Source of the DNA: an uncultured Acidobacteriota bacterium
GTDB lineage: Bacteria > Acidobacteriota > Blastocatellia > RBC074
Direction of reading: 5' to 3'
DNA length: 64,000 bases
Assembly (NCBI GenBank): GCA_902825875.1
Contig: CADECP010000019.1
Span: 78,359 to 142,358, forward strand
The notes under the pieces were generated by a model. That model had not been told where the DNA came from. It did no database searches and saw only the letters and a program-made list of their open reading frames with translations. Shown one piece after another: positions 28,142 to 38,427 of this stretch. The translations under genes were made by a program, and so were the position numbers. How positions within the stretch are numbered: the stretch's first letter is position 1; the number at the start of each line of letters is the position of its first letter.

Positions 28142-31100
28142 ATGAGTCGGTTTCGATTTTTCCTTTGCCTGATCCTTTTTGTCGGTTTCAGTTCTTCGCC
28201 ATTGCCATTTTCAAACTCCTCGAAGGCTGCAATTCAAGAACCGCCTTTTCTGGAATTGAACAAACCCATTGAGCGGAACATCGCTCAAGGCGAAACTCAT
28301 TTGTACCGCATTCGGCTGGTTGCGGGAGACTTCATGCACATCAGCGCGGATAGTAAAGGTGCGTTGCTCGGCTACGAAATGTTTGCTCCCGACGGACGGC
28401 AAATGCTGGAAGTGGGAAAACTGGGCGGCATTCCCTTTGGCGTCAAACCAGTGTCACTGGTCGCGGAAATTTCAGGAGATCATTTGGTCAAAATTCGTCC
28501 AGTGGACAAGCCCGGCAAATACCAAATCGTACTTGATACATTGCGACCAGCCACACCGCAAAACCGTAGTCGCGCACGCGCCGAAGCCGCTTTTGTCAAA
28601 GCCGATTCTCTTTACCAGCGAGGGCGAAAAGAAGATTGGCGACAAGTCGTCGAGATTTTGAGAGCTTCGTTGCCAGATTGGCGCGCAGCGGAAATACCGA
28701 TGGCCGAAGCGGATGCGCTGACTGTGATGGGACTGGCGCACCGGCGACTCGGCGAAATCCAGCAAGCAATAGAACGTTACCAACAGGCTTTTGACATTTT
28801 TCAACGACAAAAGTGGGACATTGGTGCAGCGTTGATGCTTAACAACATCGGTGTTGCTTATGCCGAAGCGGGCGATAAAGCCATGGCGATCCGCTATTAC
28901 TTGCCGGTGACGAAGTTATGGCAGAAGTTTGACAATTCGATTATGTACGGCATGTCAATGACCAATCTGGGATCGCATTACAGTTCGGTCGGAGAGTTTC
29001 GAAAAAGCCTGGAAACTTTGGAAGAAGCCCTACGCACTTGGGAAAAGCTGGGTGAGCGCAAATGGAAATCTTCCACGCTCGGCAAATTTGGCATCGTGTA
29101 TGGTGACCTGGGCGAGTCAGAAATTGCTGCTGATTATTGTGAGCGAGCGTTCCAGCTTTGGCGCGAATCGGATGGGTTGCCTGAAAAAACGCAACACTTG
29201 ATGTGCGTTGGAGGCGCACAAGCAGACTTGGGCAATTACCCAAAAGCGATTGAATATCAATCCGAAGCCTTCAAAATCTGTCAGCAAACAGGCAATAGCA
29301 ATTGTCAGGTGACGGCGGCTTCCGGTTTAGGGATGACTTACTTTGTAATGAAAGATTACCTCCGAGCCATCGAACATTTTCAGCAGGCGTTGGAAATTTC
29401 CAGAGCCTCTAAAAATCTGTACAGCGAGGCAAAACTGTTAAGCAATCTTGGGCGGGTTCAGGCGAATCTCAACGATTTGCCAACCGCCGAGCGTTTGCTG
29501 CTTCAATCATTGACGCTTCATCAATCAATTGGCGACAAGCAGGGTGAAGCTCACGCCAGAGGCGGGTTGGCCAGGGTTTATCGCGATCAAGACCGTCTGG
29601 ACGAATCTCGCGTTTTCATGCAAAACGCCTTGGCGATAATCGAAGAACAGCGCTTGGCGCTTTCCGGCCATTCATCACAGGCCAGCTATTTTTCGCGGCT
29701 GTATGAGTACCAGGAATTTTATTTGGACCTGTTGATGCGGCTTCACGGCAAATCGCCGAATACCGGTTATGCCGTCACTGCCTTTCAAGTCAGCGAACAA
29801 ACCAGAGGGCGCTCTTTGTTGGAAGCATTGCGCGAATCGCACGGTGATATTCGGCAAGGCGTGGATGTGAATTTACTGGAACGCGAAACCGTCGTGCGCC
29901 AACAACTTTTTTACAAGGAACAGGTTTTGGCGGCTTTGTTGGCCGGTAAAAGCAGCGTCGAACGAATTGCCGCCGCCAAAAAAGAAATCGAAACGCTGCT
30001 GTTGCAAAAACGCGAAGTCGCCGCGTTGATCCGTGCCCGCAGCCCACGTTACGCGGCGTTGACGCAACCGGAATCGCTCAGTCTGGCCGAAATTCAAAAA
30101 CAGGTTCTGGATGACGACGCCACTCTGTTGGAATACGCATTGGGCGGAGAGCGCAGCTATCTGTTTGCAGTGACCAAAACTTCATTCGACGTTTACGAAT
30201 TGCCCAAGCGCGCCGAGATAGAAGAATTGGCCGTGGAATTTTACCGCTTGTCCGCGCGAACATTTATGGCTGACGACAAATGGACGGCTGAATCAGAAAA
30301 GAAGTATCAGGTAGTCGCCGCCAAATTGAGCCGGATGATTTTGCAACCTGCCGCCGCCAGCTTGAAGAAAAAACGATTGTTAATTGTCGCCGAAGGAGCT
30401 TTGCAGTACATCCCATTTGCTGCATTGACGGTTGTTGGTGGGCGGTTCCCGGTTGCTGGCAATACCTCCGAAGCCAACCGACTCCCGACTCCCGACTCCC
30501 GACTCCTCATTCAAGACCACGAAATCATCAGCCTGCCGTCGGCTTCGACGCTGGCGGTGTTGCGGCGCGAATTGAACGAGCGCAAGCCTGCGCCGAAAGC
30601 CGTGGCGGTATTGGGCGATCCGGTCTTTTCCCAAAACGATCCGCGACTTGTGGCCGACGCCAAACCCGTTCAGGCGAAAACCGCGCGCGGCTTGTCGGCT
30701 GAAGTCGGCATGTTGCGGCGAAGTTTGCGGCTGAGCGTTGCCAGCGTTTCTGCGCCGTTGCAGTTGACTCGATTGAATCACACGCGCAGTGAAGCTCTGG
30801 CCATCGCTGCGCTGGCTCCCACAGGATCAAAACTTCTGGCTTTGGGTTTCGAGGCCAACCGCCAACTTGCGACCGGCGCGGACCTCAGCCAATACCGCAT
30901 CGTGCATTTCGCCACGCACGGCTGGCTGGACGCCGTAACACCTGATTTGTCGGCAGTCGTGTTGTCGCTGGTAGACAAAAACGGCCAGCCGCAAAACGGT
31001 TTTTTGCGGCTGCACGAAATTTACAACCTGAATCTGCCCGCAGAACTTGTCGTCCTGAGCGCCTGCGAAACCGGCATCGGCAAAGAGGTCAAAGGCGAAG

Positions 31101-31339
31101 GATTGATAAGTCTGACACGCGGTTTTATGTATGCCGGAGCGCGCCGGGTGTTGGTCAGTTTGTGGCCGGTTGACGACCCGGCGACGGCGGAATTGATGAA
31201 GCGGTTTTATCGCGGAATGCTGAAAGAGAATCTGACTCCGGCAGTCGCCCTGAAAAAAGCTCAGATTGAAATGAGGAAACAGCCGCGTTGGCGTTCGCCG
31301 TATTTCTGGGCCGGGTTCGTGCTGCAAGGCGAATGGTAG
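28142..31339 (+). CDS. Exported TPR-repeat CHAT-domain (caspase-like) protease
   Basis: ATG 28142 is 6 nt after an AGGAGG RBS. Signal peptide 'MSRFRFFLCLILFVGFSSS', then an N-terminal beta-sandwich-like module, then ~10 TPR-like repeats ('MLNNIGVAYAEAGDKAMAIRYY' and others). The C-terminal CHAT domain has the catalytic dyad context 'IVHFATHGW' and 'LVVLSACETG'. Confidence 0.85.
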   Translation: MSRFRFFLCLILFVGFSSSPLPFSNSSKAAIQEPPFLELNKPIERNIAQGETHLYRIRLVAGDFMHISADSKGALLGYEMFAPDGRQMLEVGKLGGIPFGVKPVSLVAEISGDHLVKIRPVDKPGKYQIVLDTLRPATPQNRSRARAEAAFVKADSLYQRGRKEDWRQVVEILRASLPDWRAAEIPMAEADALTVMGLAHRRLGEIQQAIERYQQAFDIFQRQKWDIGAALMLNNIGVAYAEAGDKAMAIRYYLPVTKLWQKFDNSIMYGMSMTNLGSHYSSVGEFRKSLETLEEALRTWEKLGERKWKSSTLGKFGIVYGDLGESEIAADYCERAFQLWRESDGLPEKTQHLMCVGGAQADLGNYPKAIEYQSEAFKICQQTGNSNCQVTAASGLGMTYFVMKDYLRAIEHFQQALEISRASKNLYSEAKLLSNLGRVQANLNDLPTAERLLLQSLTLHQSIGDKQGEAHARGGLARVYRDQDRLDESRVFMQNALAIIEEQRLALSGHSSQASYFSRLYEYQEFYLDLLMRLHGKSPNTGYAVTAFQVSEQTRGRSLLEALRESHGDIRQGVDVNLLERETVVRQQLFYKEQVLAALLAGKSSVERIAAAKKEIETLLLQKREVAALIRARSPRYAALTQPESLSLAEIQKQVLDDDATLLEYALGGERSYLFAVTKTSFDVYELPKRAEIEELAVEFYRLSARTFMADDKWTAESEKKYQVVAAKLSRMILQPAAASLKKKRLLIVAEGALQYIPFAALTVVGGRFPVAGNTSEANRLPTPDSRLLIQDHEIISLPSASTLAVLRRELNERKPAPKAVAVLGDPVFSQNDPRLVADAKPVQAKTARGLSAEVGMLRRSLRLSVASVSAPLQLTRLNHTRSEALAIAALAPTGSKLLALGFEANRQLATGADLSQYRIVHFATHGWLDAVTPDLSAVVLSLVDKNGQPQNGFLRLHEIYNLNLPAELVVLSACETGIGKEVKGEGLISLTRGFMYAGARRVLVSLWPVDDPATAELMKRFYRGMLKENLTPAVALKKAQIEMRKQPRWRSPYFWAGFVLQGEW
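30478..30505 (+). repeat. Heptanucleotide tandem repeat (ccgactc)x4 inside the CHAT gene
   Basis: Four perfect head-to-tail copies of 'ccgactc' encode 'PTPDSRLL' in the linker between the TPR and CHAT modules. The unit length is not a multiple of three. Confidence 0.9.
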
Positions 31340-31408
31340 GCTGGGTACGCAGCGCCTCCAGCCTGCGGTCTTGTCAAGAACTATGTTGAAGACAAAAGGG
31401 CCATCGCA

Positions 31409-33289
31409 TCATCGTGGGATGCGCTTTTCCGATTCAATCGCTTGAACCAACAGGTTGACCGCCGACTCGGCGATTTGTGCGGTTTCACCCTGTTTGAAGC
31501 TCGCCCGCCATAAAACTTCCCCTTCTTTGTTGACCAATCGCAACCTCACCGGTCGTTTTCCGCTGCCGGAGTTTCGCTCCAAGATCGCGTCGGCAGCCGG
31601 CAGCATCCCCTCCTCGACAGTCAGCGGCGATTGCTTCAGCCGGTCAATCAAGCCTTCGCGCAAAGCTATTCCGAATTCATCTTCGCCAAACGATTGGATG
31701 TGAATCCGCGCCACCGAACCGAGCGGCAATCCTCTGGTTCGGCGCGAAGAATTCCGACCGGAGGATGAACCGCCTTTCCCGATTTCCGGCTTGCCGCGAT
31801 TTTCCACCAGCAACGGCTGTTCAGCGCGCGGCGAGTCAGCCGGTGAAGGTTTTACGGTTGGCGAAGGCTGCTTGACGACTTCGGGCATTTCACTCGGCTT
31901 CTGCCTGAGCCAGAAAACCGACAAGGCGATCAAGCCAACCAGAATCGCGCCGACTGCCCAAGTCGTCGCCGGTTTAAGCTGAATTGCCGCCAGGCGATAA
32001 GCCAGGCGTCGCCATTCCAACGCCAGCCACCGCACGGGGCTGGTTTCGCAGTAACCGACCTCGACGCTCGAAGCACCGTCTTCGGCAAAGGCAATGTCGA
32101 ATCGGACTTTCTGCCCGCCTTCAGCGCAGGTTTCGGCAATCGCGCATGGAGTTTCGATTTCTTCCAGCCCGGCCAGCCAACAGTTAGCCAACAGCAAATC
32201 TCCATCGGGTTCGATTGAATAAACCTCGATGATGGTTGAGCGCGGTTTGACAGGAAAAGCGCAGAATCTTTCCGACAGAGGGTTGAGTCGCGTTTGCTCT
32301 TCGCCGTCAACGCGCACCGAGAGCAACATTGGTTCGGATTCTTTCCGGCGTTTGCTCAATTTGCCGCAAATTTCCTGAAGCAGTTGAAGCTGTTGTTGAG
32401 TTAAATCAGGCGGTTGGCCTCGCCCAGGACGTGAAGAGAAGCCGTTGTTAGCTGGCAACATAAATTTCGGAATCGTCAAATTGGCAGTCGGGTTCTTGAT
32501 ACGCAATTGTTTGAGGACGCGTTCGTAACAGGCAGGATGAATCAACGCATGAGCCTGATGAGGTTCGTCCTTAAACAAATAATGTTTCGTGTCCCACAGC
32601 GCCAAATGATCCAGACAATCGTTGACAAGCGCCAGCAAAGGAAGCGTTCGTTCTTGCGCGTGAAATCGCCCCTTGCCACGCAGCGACAACAGGTTCCCAA
32701 ACCGGCTGACCATTTCGTTCCAGATGCGCTTTCTGGAAGTTTTATAAGATTTGCCGCTCACTCCGCCACGTTTCAAATCGGGATCAATCAACAGGTGTAT
32801 GTGCTCCATTTCCTTTACTCCATGGCGATATAGAAATTGACTTATGCCGACCATAACTTGATACGCATTGCGTGTCACCGTCACCAGCGCCAAATGTTTG
32901 AGGTAACGAATGATCAGGTCTTCGTTCGCTAGAGGCCGAATGTGAAGACCTACCGTCATTCCTTCCGTTGAAAATGCCAGATCAATCAAATGTTCCAGCA
33001 GGGATTTTTCCCATTCAGCTGGGCGCGCGTCGTCTAGTTGAGTCAGTTCTTGTCTTCTTTCATAAAATTCCGAAGCTTGCAGCAAACCAACCTGGAATAA
33101 CTGGCAATCGCTCATCTTCATGAGATTGGCGCCAGTGCGTTCTTCCTGTTGTCTGGCCTTCAACTTGGCCAACTCCATTCCATGAATCATGACGCACAGG
33201 GCCACGCGCGAATCGCAGTGAATGAAATACGCCAGCTTGAAAGCTCGTTTCCAGATTTCCAAGTCAGTTGTCATGATCTGTGTCTCCAA
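31409..33289 (-). CDS. Hypothetical single-pass membrane protein (large cytoplasmic N-domain, small C-terminal exported domain)
   Basis: One strong TM segment, 'TTWAVGAILVGLIALSVFWL'. The N-terminal ~430 aa have no recognisable motif. After the TM come a P/S/K-rich linker and an alpha/beta module 'IHIQSFGEDEFGIALREGLIDRLKQ...'. It is divergent from the CIS operon. Confidence 0.6.
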   Translation of the reverse strand: METQIMTTDLEIWKRAFKLAYFIHCDSRVALCVMIHGMELAKLKARQQEERTGANLMKMSDCQLFQVGLLQASEFYERRQELTQLDDARPAEWEKSLLEHLIDLAFSTEGMTVGLHIRPLANEDLIIRYLKHLALVTVTRNAYQVMVGISQFLYRHGVKEMEHIHLLIDPDLKRGGVSGKSYKTSRKRIWNEMVSRFGNLLSLRGKGRFHAQERTLPLLALVNDCLDHLALWDTKHYLFKDEPHQAHALIHPACYERVLKQLRIKNPTANLTIPKFMLPANNGFSSRPGRGQPPDLTQQQLQLLQEICGKLSKRRKESEPMLLSVRVDGEEQTRLNPLSERFCAFPVKPRSTIIEVYSIEPDGDLLLANCWLAGLEEIETPCAIAETCAEGGQKVRFDIAFAEDGASSVEVGYCETSPVRWLALEWRRLAYRLAAIQLKPATTWAVGAILVGLIALSVFWLRQKPSEMPEVVKQPSPTVKPSPADSPRAEQPLLVENRGKPEIGKGGSSSGRNSSRRTRGLPLGSVARIHIQSFGEDEFGIALREGLIDRLKQSPLTVEEGMLPAADAILERNSGSGKRPVRLRLVNKEGEVLWRASFKQGETAQIAESAVNLLVQAIESEKRIPR

Positions 33290-33801
33290 AATCGAAGTAG
33301 AGTCAACTTTTCAGCATACAGCTTATCGTCAATGGCCGAAGAGGCCCTGTTCCCCTCGCAGAATCGGTACTTTTGAGCATCTGCAAAATCTGGTTTGATC
33401 CAGCCCGCGTCGTTAAGGCATCGGAAAAATGACGATTCCTGGCATCTGTTTTATCAAACGTAAAAATTATTGCCCCAGTGAAATTTTCAATCTCGGTTCA
33501 CGCTTACTGGCATGTCCGGCGTGACCGTGTGCAGCCACGAGAATGCATCCGCAGACTCAGGGAGGGTAACCCGGCTTTTGTAGATGCTTGTCTCAAAATC
33601 TTTCACACCCCGATTTTGACAACGTTATTTTCTGGAAGTCGGCCATGATCACTTCATATTCGAAGCCCGATTTTATTAGCGTCATTCGTTTCAGCGTTTT
33701 TGTTTTCTCTGTTGTTTTTCTATTCGGTTACTTCAGATCAGGCTTGGCGTCGCACTTCAATTCGGCTTGGGTAATGTTTGCTCTTTGAAAGGAGATTTTC
33801 C

Positions 33802-34971
33802 ATGTATTGCCAATCATCTTTTCGATGTCTGACCTTGTTCTTGTGTTTTGCGTTGTGTCCAGTTCTTGCTGCTGGCCAGCAGTCAGGGCCAATAAACGAA
33901 TTCACGCTCGGCATCCAGCAGCGCAATGAAATTATGTCGTCCTTTCGTGTCCTGCGGAATACCAACGCCAATGAATTGAGTGAAAAAGTGTTTCGGATGT
34001 TGTTGGCGACTTCGGTTGTCAGAAATGCAGGGCGTGATCTGGGCTGGGAACTGACGTTGATTGCGTCGGATGATGTCAACGCATTCACCACCGCCAATGG
34101 CAAGGTATATGTGACCTCAGGGATGATCGAAAAAGTGTTGGGAACGAATTACGGATTGTGGGCGGCCGTGCTTGGGCACGAAATTGGCCATGGGTTGGAA
34201 AATCATGTCCACAAAGCTTATGTGCGCCATTACCAACACGAATTGCAAAGAGTCAATTTGTTGAACCTGTCAAATCAGGGGCAGGCGTGGGCCAGTTGGG
34301 CCTTGGTGGCGCATATGACGGTGGGAAGCATGGCCAAGTTAAAGGTGTCGCGTGATGAAGAATCGCAGGCCGATTTTCTAGGGGTGATGATGATGGCCGA
34401 AGCAGGAGTTCATCCCGATTACGCGATTGCCATGACTCGCCGGATGGCGGCAACGACGGGCGATTTAGGAAAGGTCATGACGTTTTTCAGCAGCGATCAT
34501 CCGCGCTGGGCGACTCGCGAAGAAAACGCCTGGCGCAATTGGACGGCGGCGATCTCTCATTTTCGAAACCGTTGGAACGATCCGGTTGGTTCGCCCGGCG
34601 GTATGCCGCCGCCCATTGTCGGATTCGGTAAAGCTCATATCGTCAAGGACGGCAAAAACAAATTGGTTTCGATTACTGCGCCTTACCTTGTCAGAAACGC
34701 AAGCGAGGCTTTCGTCGGCGTCATCTTTGAACACAAAGGGAAAATCGTTCAAGGAGCTTTGCCGGAATACCGATTCGACAGCGGCGCGCTGGGCGTGATG
34801 CGTCCTGCTCGAATCAGCAATGGAATCGAAGACAGTCAATTTTCAATCAGCATTCCTTCGTCGGCGCTCGGCGGCAAGGAGCGGACGCTGGACGCTTATT
34901 TGGTGATTTGGGCCAACGGCAAAACGGTTGGGTATTCCGAAAAACTGAAAGTTTCGTTTCCCAAACCGTGA
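33802..34971 (+). CDS. Exported M48-family zinc metallopeptidase with C-terminal beta-rich domain
   Basis: ATG 33802 follows an AAAGGAG RBS. Signal peptide 'CLTLFLCFALCPVLAAGQ'. 'NAFTTANGKVYVTSGMIEKV...WAAVLGHEIGHGLENH' (HExxH) plus downstream 'EESQADFLG' are typical of peptidase M48. The stop is 24 nt before the first CIS gene. Confidence 0.8.
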   Translation: MYCQSSFRCLTLFLCFALCPVLAAGQQSGPINEFTLGIQQRNEIMSSFRVLRNTNANELSEKVFRMLLATSVVRNAGRDLGWELTLIASDDVNAFTTANGKVYVTSGMIEKVLGTNYGLWAAVLGHEIGHGLENHVHKAYVRHYQHELQRVNLLNLSNQGQAWASWALVAHMTVGSMAKLKVSRDEESQADFLGVMMMAEAGVHPDYAIAMTRRMAATTGDLGKVMTFFSSDHPRWATREENAWRNWTAAISHFRNRWNDPVGSPGGMPPPIVGFGKAHIVKDGKNKLVSITAPYLVRNASEAFVGVIFEHKGKIVQGALPEYRFDSGALGVMRPARISNGIEDSQFSISIPSSALGGKERTLDAYLVIWANGKTVGYSEKLKVSFPKP

Positions 34972-34995
34972 AGGCCAGAGAGAAAAACCGACACA

Positions 34996-35580
34996 GTGAA
35001 AGCAAATGCAAAGGCAAATTCGGATGGAGCGACGGCCATTGCCGTCGTTACGGCGGCGCTGAAAAGTCGTCTGAGCAATGGTCTGGTCGCTTTTGGCAAC
35101 GTCAACGTTATCGCCCAACCACCGGACAAAATCGCGGTTGGTGAAAACGAAGACGGGCAGATCAATCTGTTTCTTTACCGCGTGGCCCCGCACACTCGAC
35201 TGTTGTCGAACAAATCCGCGGATCTGCGCTCCAAAAACGAAGTGACTGCTTTGTCGTTGGAATTGAACTACCTGCTGACGGTTTATGCCGCGCAGGATTT
35301 TCAAACTGAAATTCTGCTTGGCCGCGCCATTCAACTGATTCACGAAACGCCAAACTTGAGCGCAGAGGAATTGAATCGTGCCACCCAGGAACTTCAAGGC
35401 AAACGCACTGGCAAATCAGGTTCCGGGCAAAGCTCTGATTTGATCGAAGAGGTGAGGATTACACCGCAATTTCTGAATTTCGAAGAAATGGCCAGGCTCT
35501 GGTCGTCGCTGCAATCGCGTTACAGGCCGTCGGTCGCTTATCAGGCGTCGCCAGTGTTGATCTACAGCAAACAGAGTTGA
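34996..35580 (+). CDS. DUF4255 (Pvc16/Afp16 N-terminal domain) protein, short paralogue; CIS tail-cap family
   Basis: 'AIAVVTAALKSRLSNGL...NVNVIAQPPDKI...GQINLFLYRVAPHTRL...ALSLELNYLLTVYA...RITPQFLNFEEMARLWSSLQSRYRPSVAYQASPVLI' follows the DUF4255 pattern seen in eCIS loci. Confidence 0.75.
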   Translation: MKANAKANSDGATAIAVVTAALKSRLSNGLVAFGNVNVIAQPPDKIAVGENEDGQINLFLYRVAPHTRLLSNKSADLRSKNEVTALSLELNYLLTVYAAQDFQTEILLGRAIQLIHETPNLSAEELNRATQELQGKRTGKSGSGQSSDLIEEVRITPQFLNFEEMARLWSSLQSRYRPSVAYQASPVLIYSKQS

Positions 35581-35586
35581 ACTTCG

Positions 35587-37614
<2,028 letters not shown>

Positions 37615-37653
37615 GGTTCGTCTCAATGTGGTTGGTTTTAAGAAGGAATAACG

Positions 37654-38409
37654 ATGGCAGTATCAAAACGAAAAGAACGAAGCATGGACAATTATTCCGT
37701 GGGGAGTACGCAAGCCACAACATATAAGACAGATGGCTCGTTAAACGATGATGTCACCTCTGATATTTCTGATTCATTTCGTAATAGCGGCCATGACTTT
37801 GCTGAGTGTCTGCCACTCAATATCGGCGAGTTCAGTGAAAAACCTTCTCAAGCTTATTCCATCCAGGAAGCGATCCGTCGATTCCTGGAAACTAATGGGA
37901 ATTTACCGAATCTTGTAAATTCGCCTCTCTCTAAAATTCTTTCCCGCGCTTCATCCGTAGTTGGTGGCTATGAAATGTACGTCAATCTTTGTGGTGAAGA
38001 TGGGTTCTTGAAGAACCCTACTGATCCGGAGTCGTTTTCAAAGCTGGGAAAGGGAATAGCTGGAGGAGCAGGAGCATTCGGCGGGCCAGTAGGGACAGCG
38101 TTTGCTGGAGGATATGCAATAGGAGACTTGGCTAATGAGTTAACTGACCACGTGTTAGGAGGGAAGGGGCGCTCAGCTTTTGACATTCTGGCTTCTGATC
38201 CGTTGATAAGTAAATTTGGCGACTCAATGGGTAATTTCAATGAAGCTCTGGCTAACGAGATCGTAGGGCTTACTGATTCTGCAGGGAATTTGCTGAAGGA
38301 CGAAAATGAGCAGGAAAATCAGTTACCTGGATCTATCAACCCCTTGAGGAGAATGCAGCAAATCCAGCAGGAAAATCATCGGCCTAGAGTTTATCTACCT
38401 TTACGCTGA
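37654..38409 (+). CDS. Hypothetical glycine-zipper protein (candidate CIS cargo/effector)
   Basis: ATG follows an AGAAGGA RBS. The region is visibly more AT-rich than both flanks. It contains 'GKGIAGGAGAFGGPVGTAFAGGYAIGDL' (GxxxG-type glycine zipper), with polar N- and C-terminal regions. I recognised no known domain. Confidence 0.55.
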   Translation: MAVSKRKERSMDNYSVGSTQATTYKTDGSLNDDVTSDISDSFRNSGHDFAECLPLNIGEFSEKPSQAYSIQEAIRRFLETNGNLPNLVNSPLSKILSRASSVVGGYEMYVNLCGEDGFLKNPTDPESFSKLGKGIAGGAGAFGGPVGTAFAGGYAIGDLANELTDHVLGGKGRSAFDILASDPLISKFGDSMGNFNEALANEIVGLTDSAGNLLKDENEQENQLPGSINPLRRMQQIQQENHRPRVYLPLR

Positions 38410-38427
38410 TGACATAAGTGGTGACAA

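Noticed and set aside
33440-33525. Sigma-54 promoter for the CIS operon ('tggcat' at 33440-33445 and 33508-33513).
   Set aside because: Neither site has the TTGC -12 element at the correct 5-nt spacing. The downstream pentamers are 'ttatc' and 'gcgtg'.
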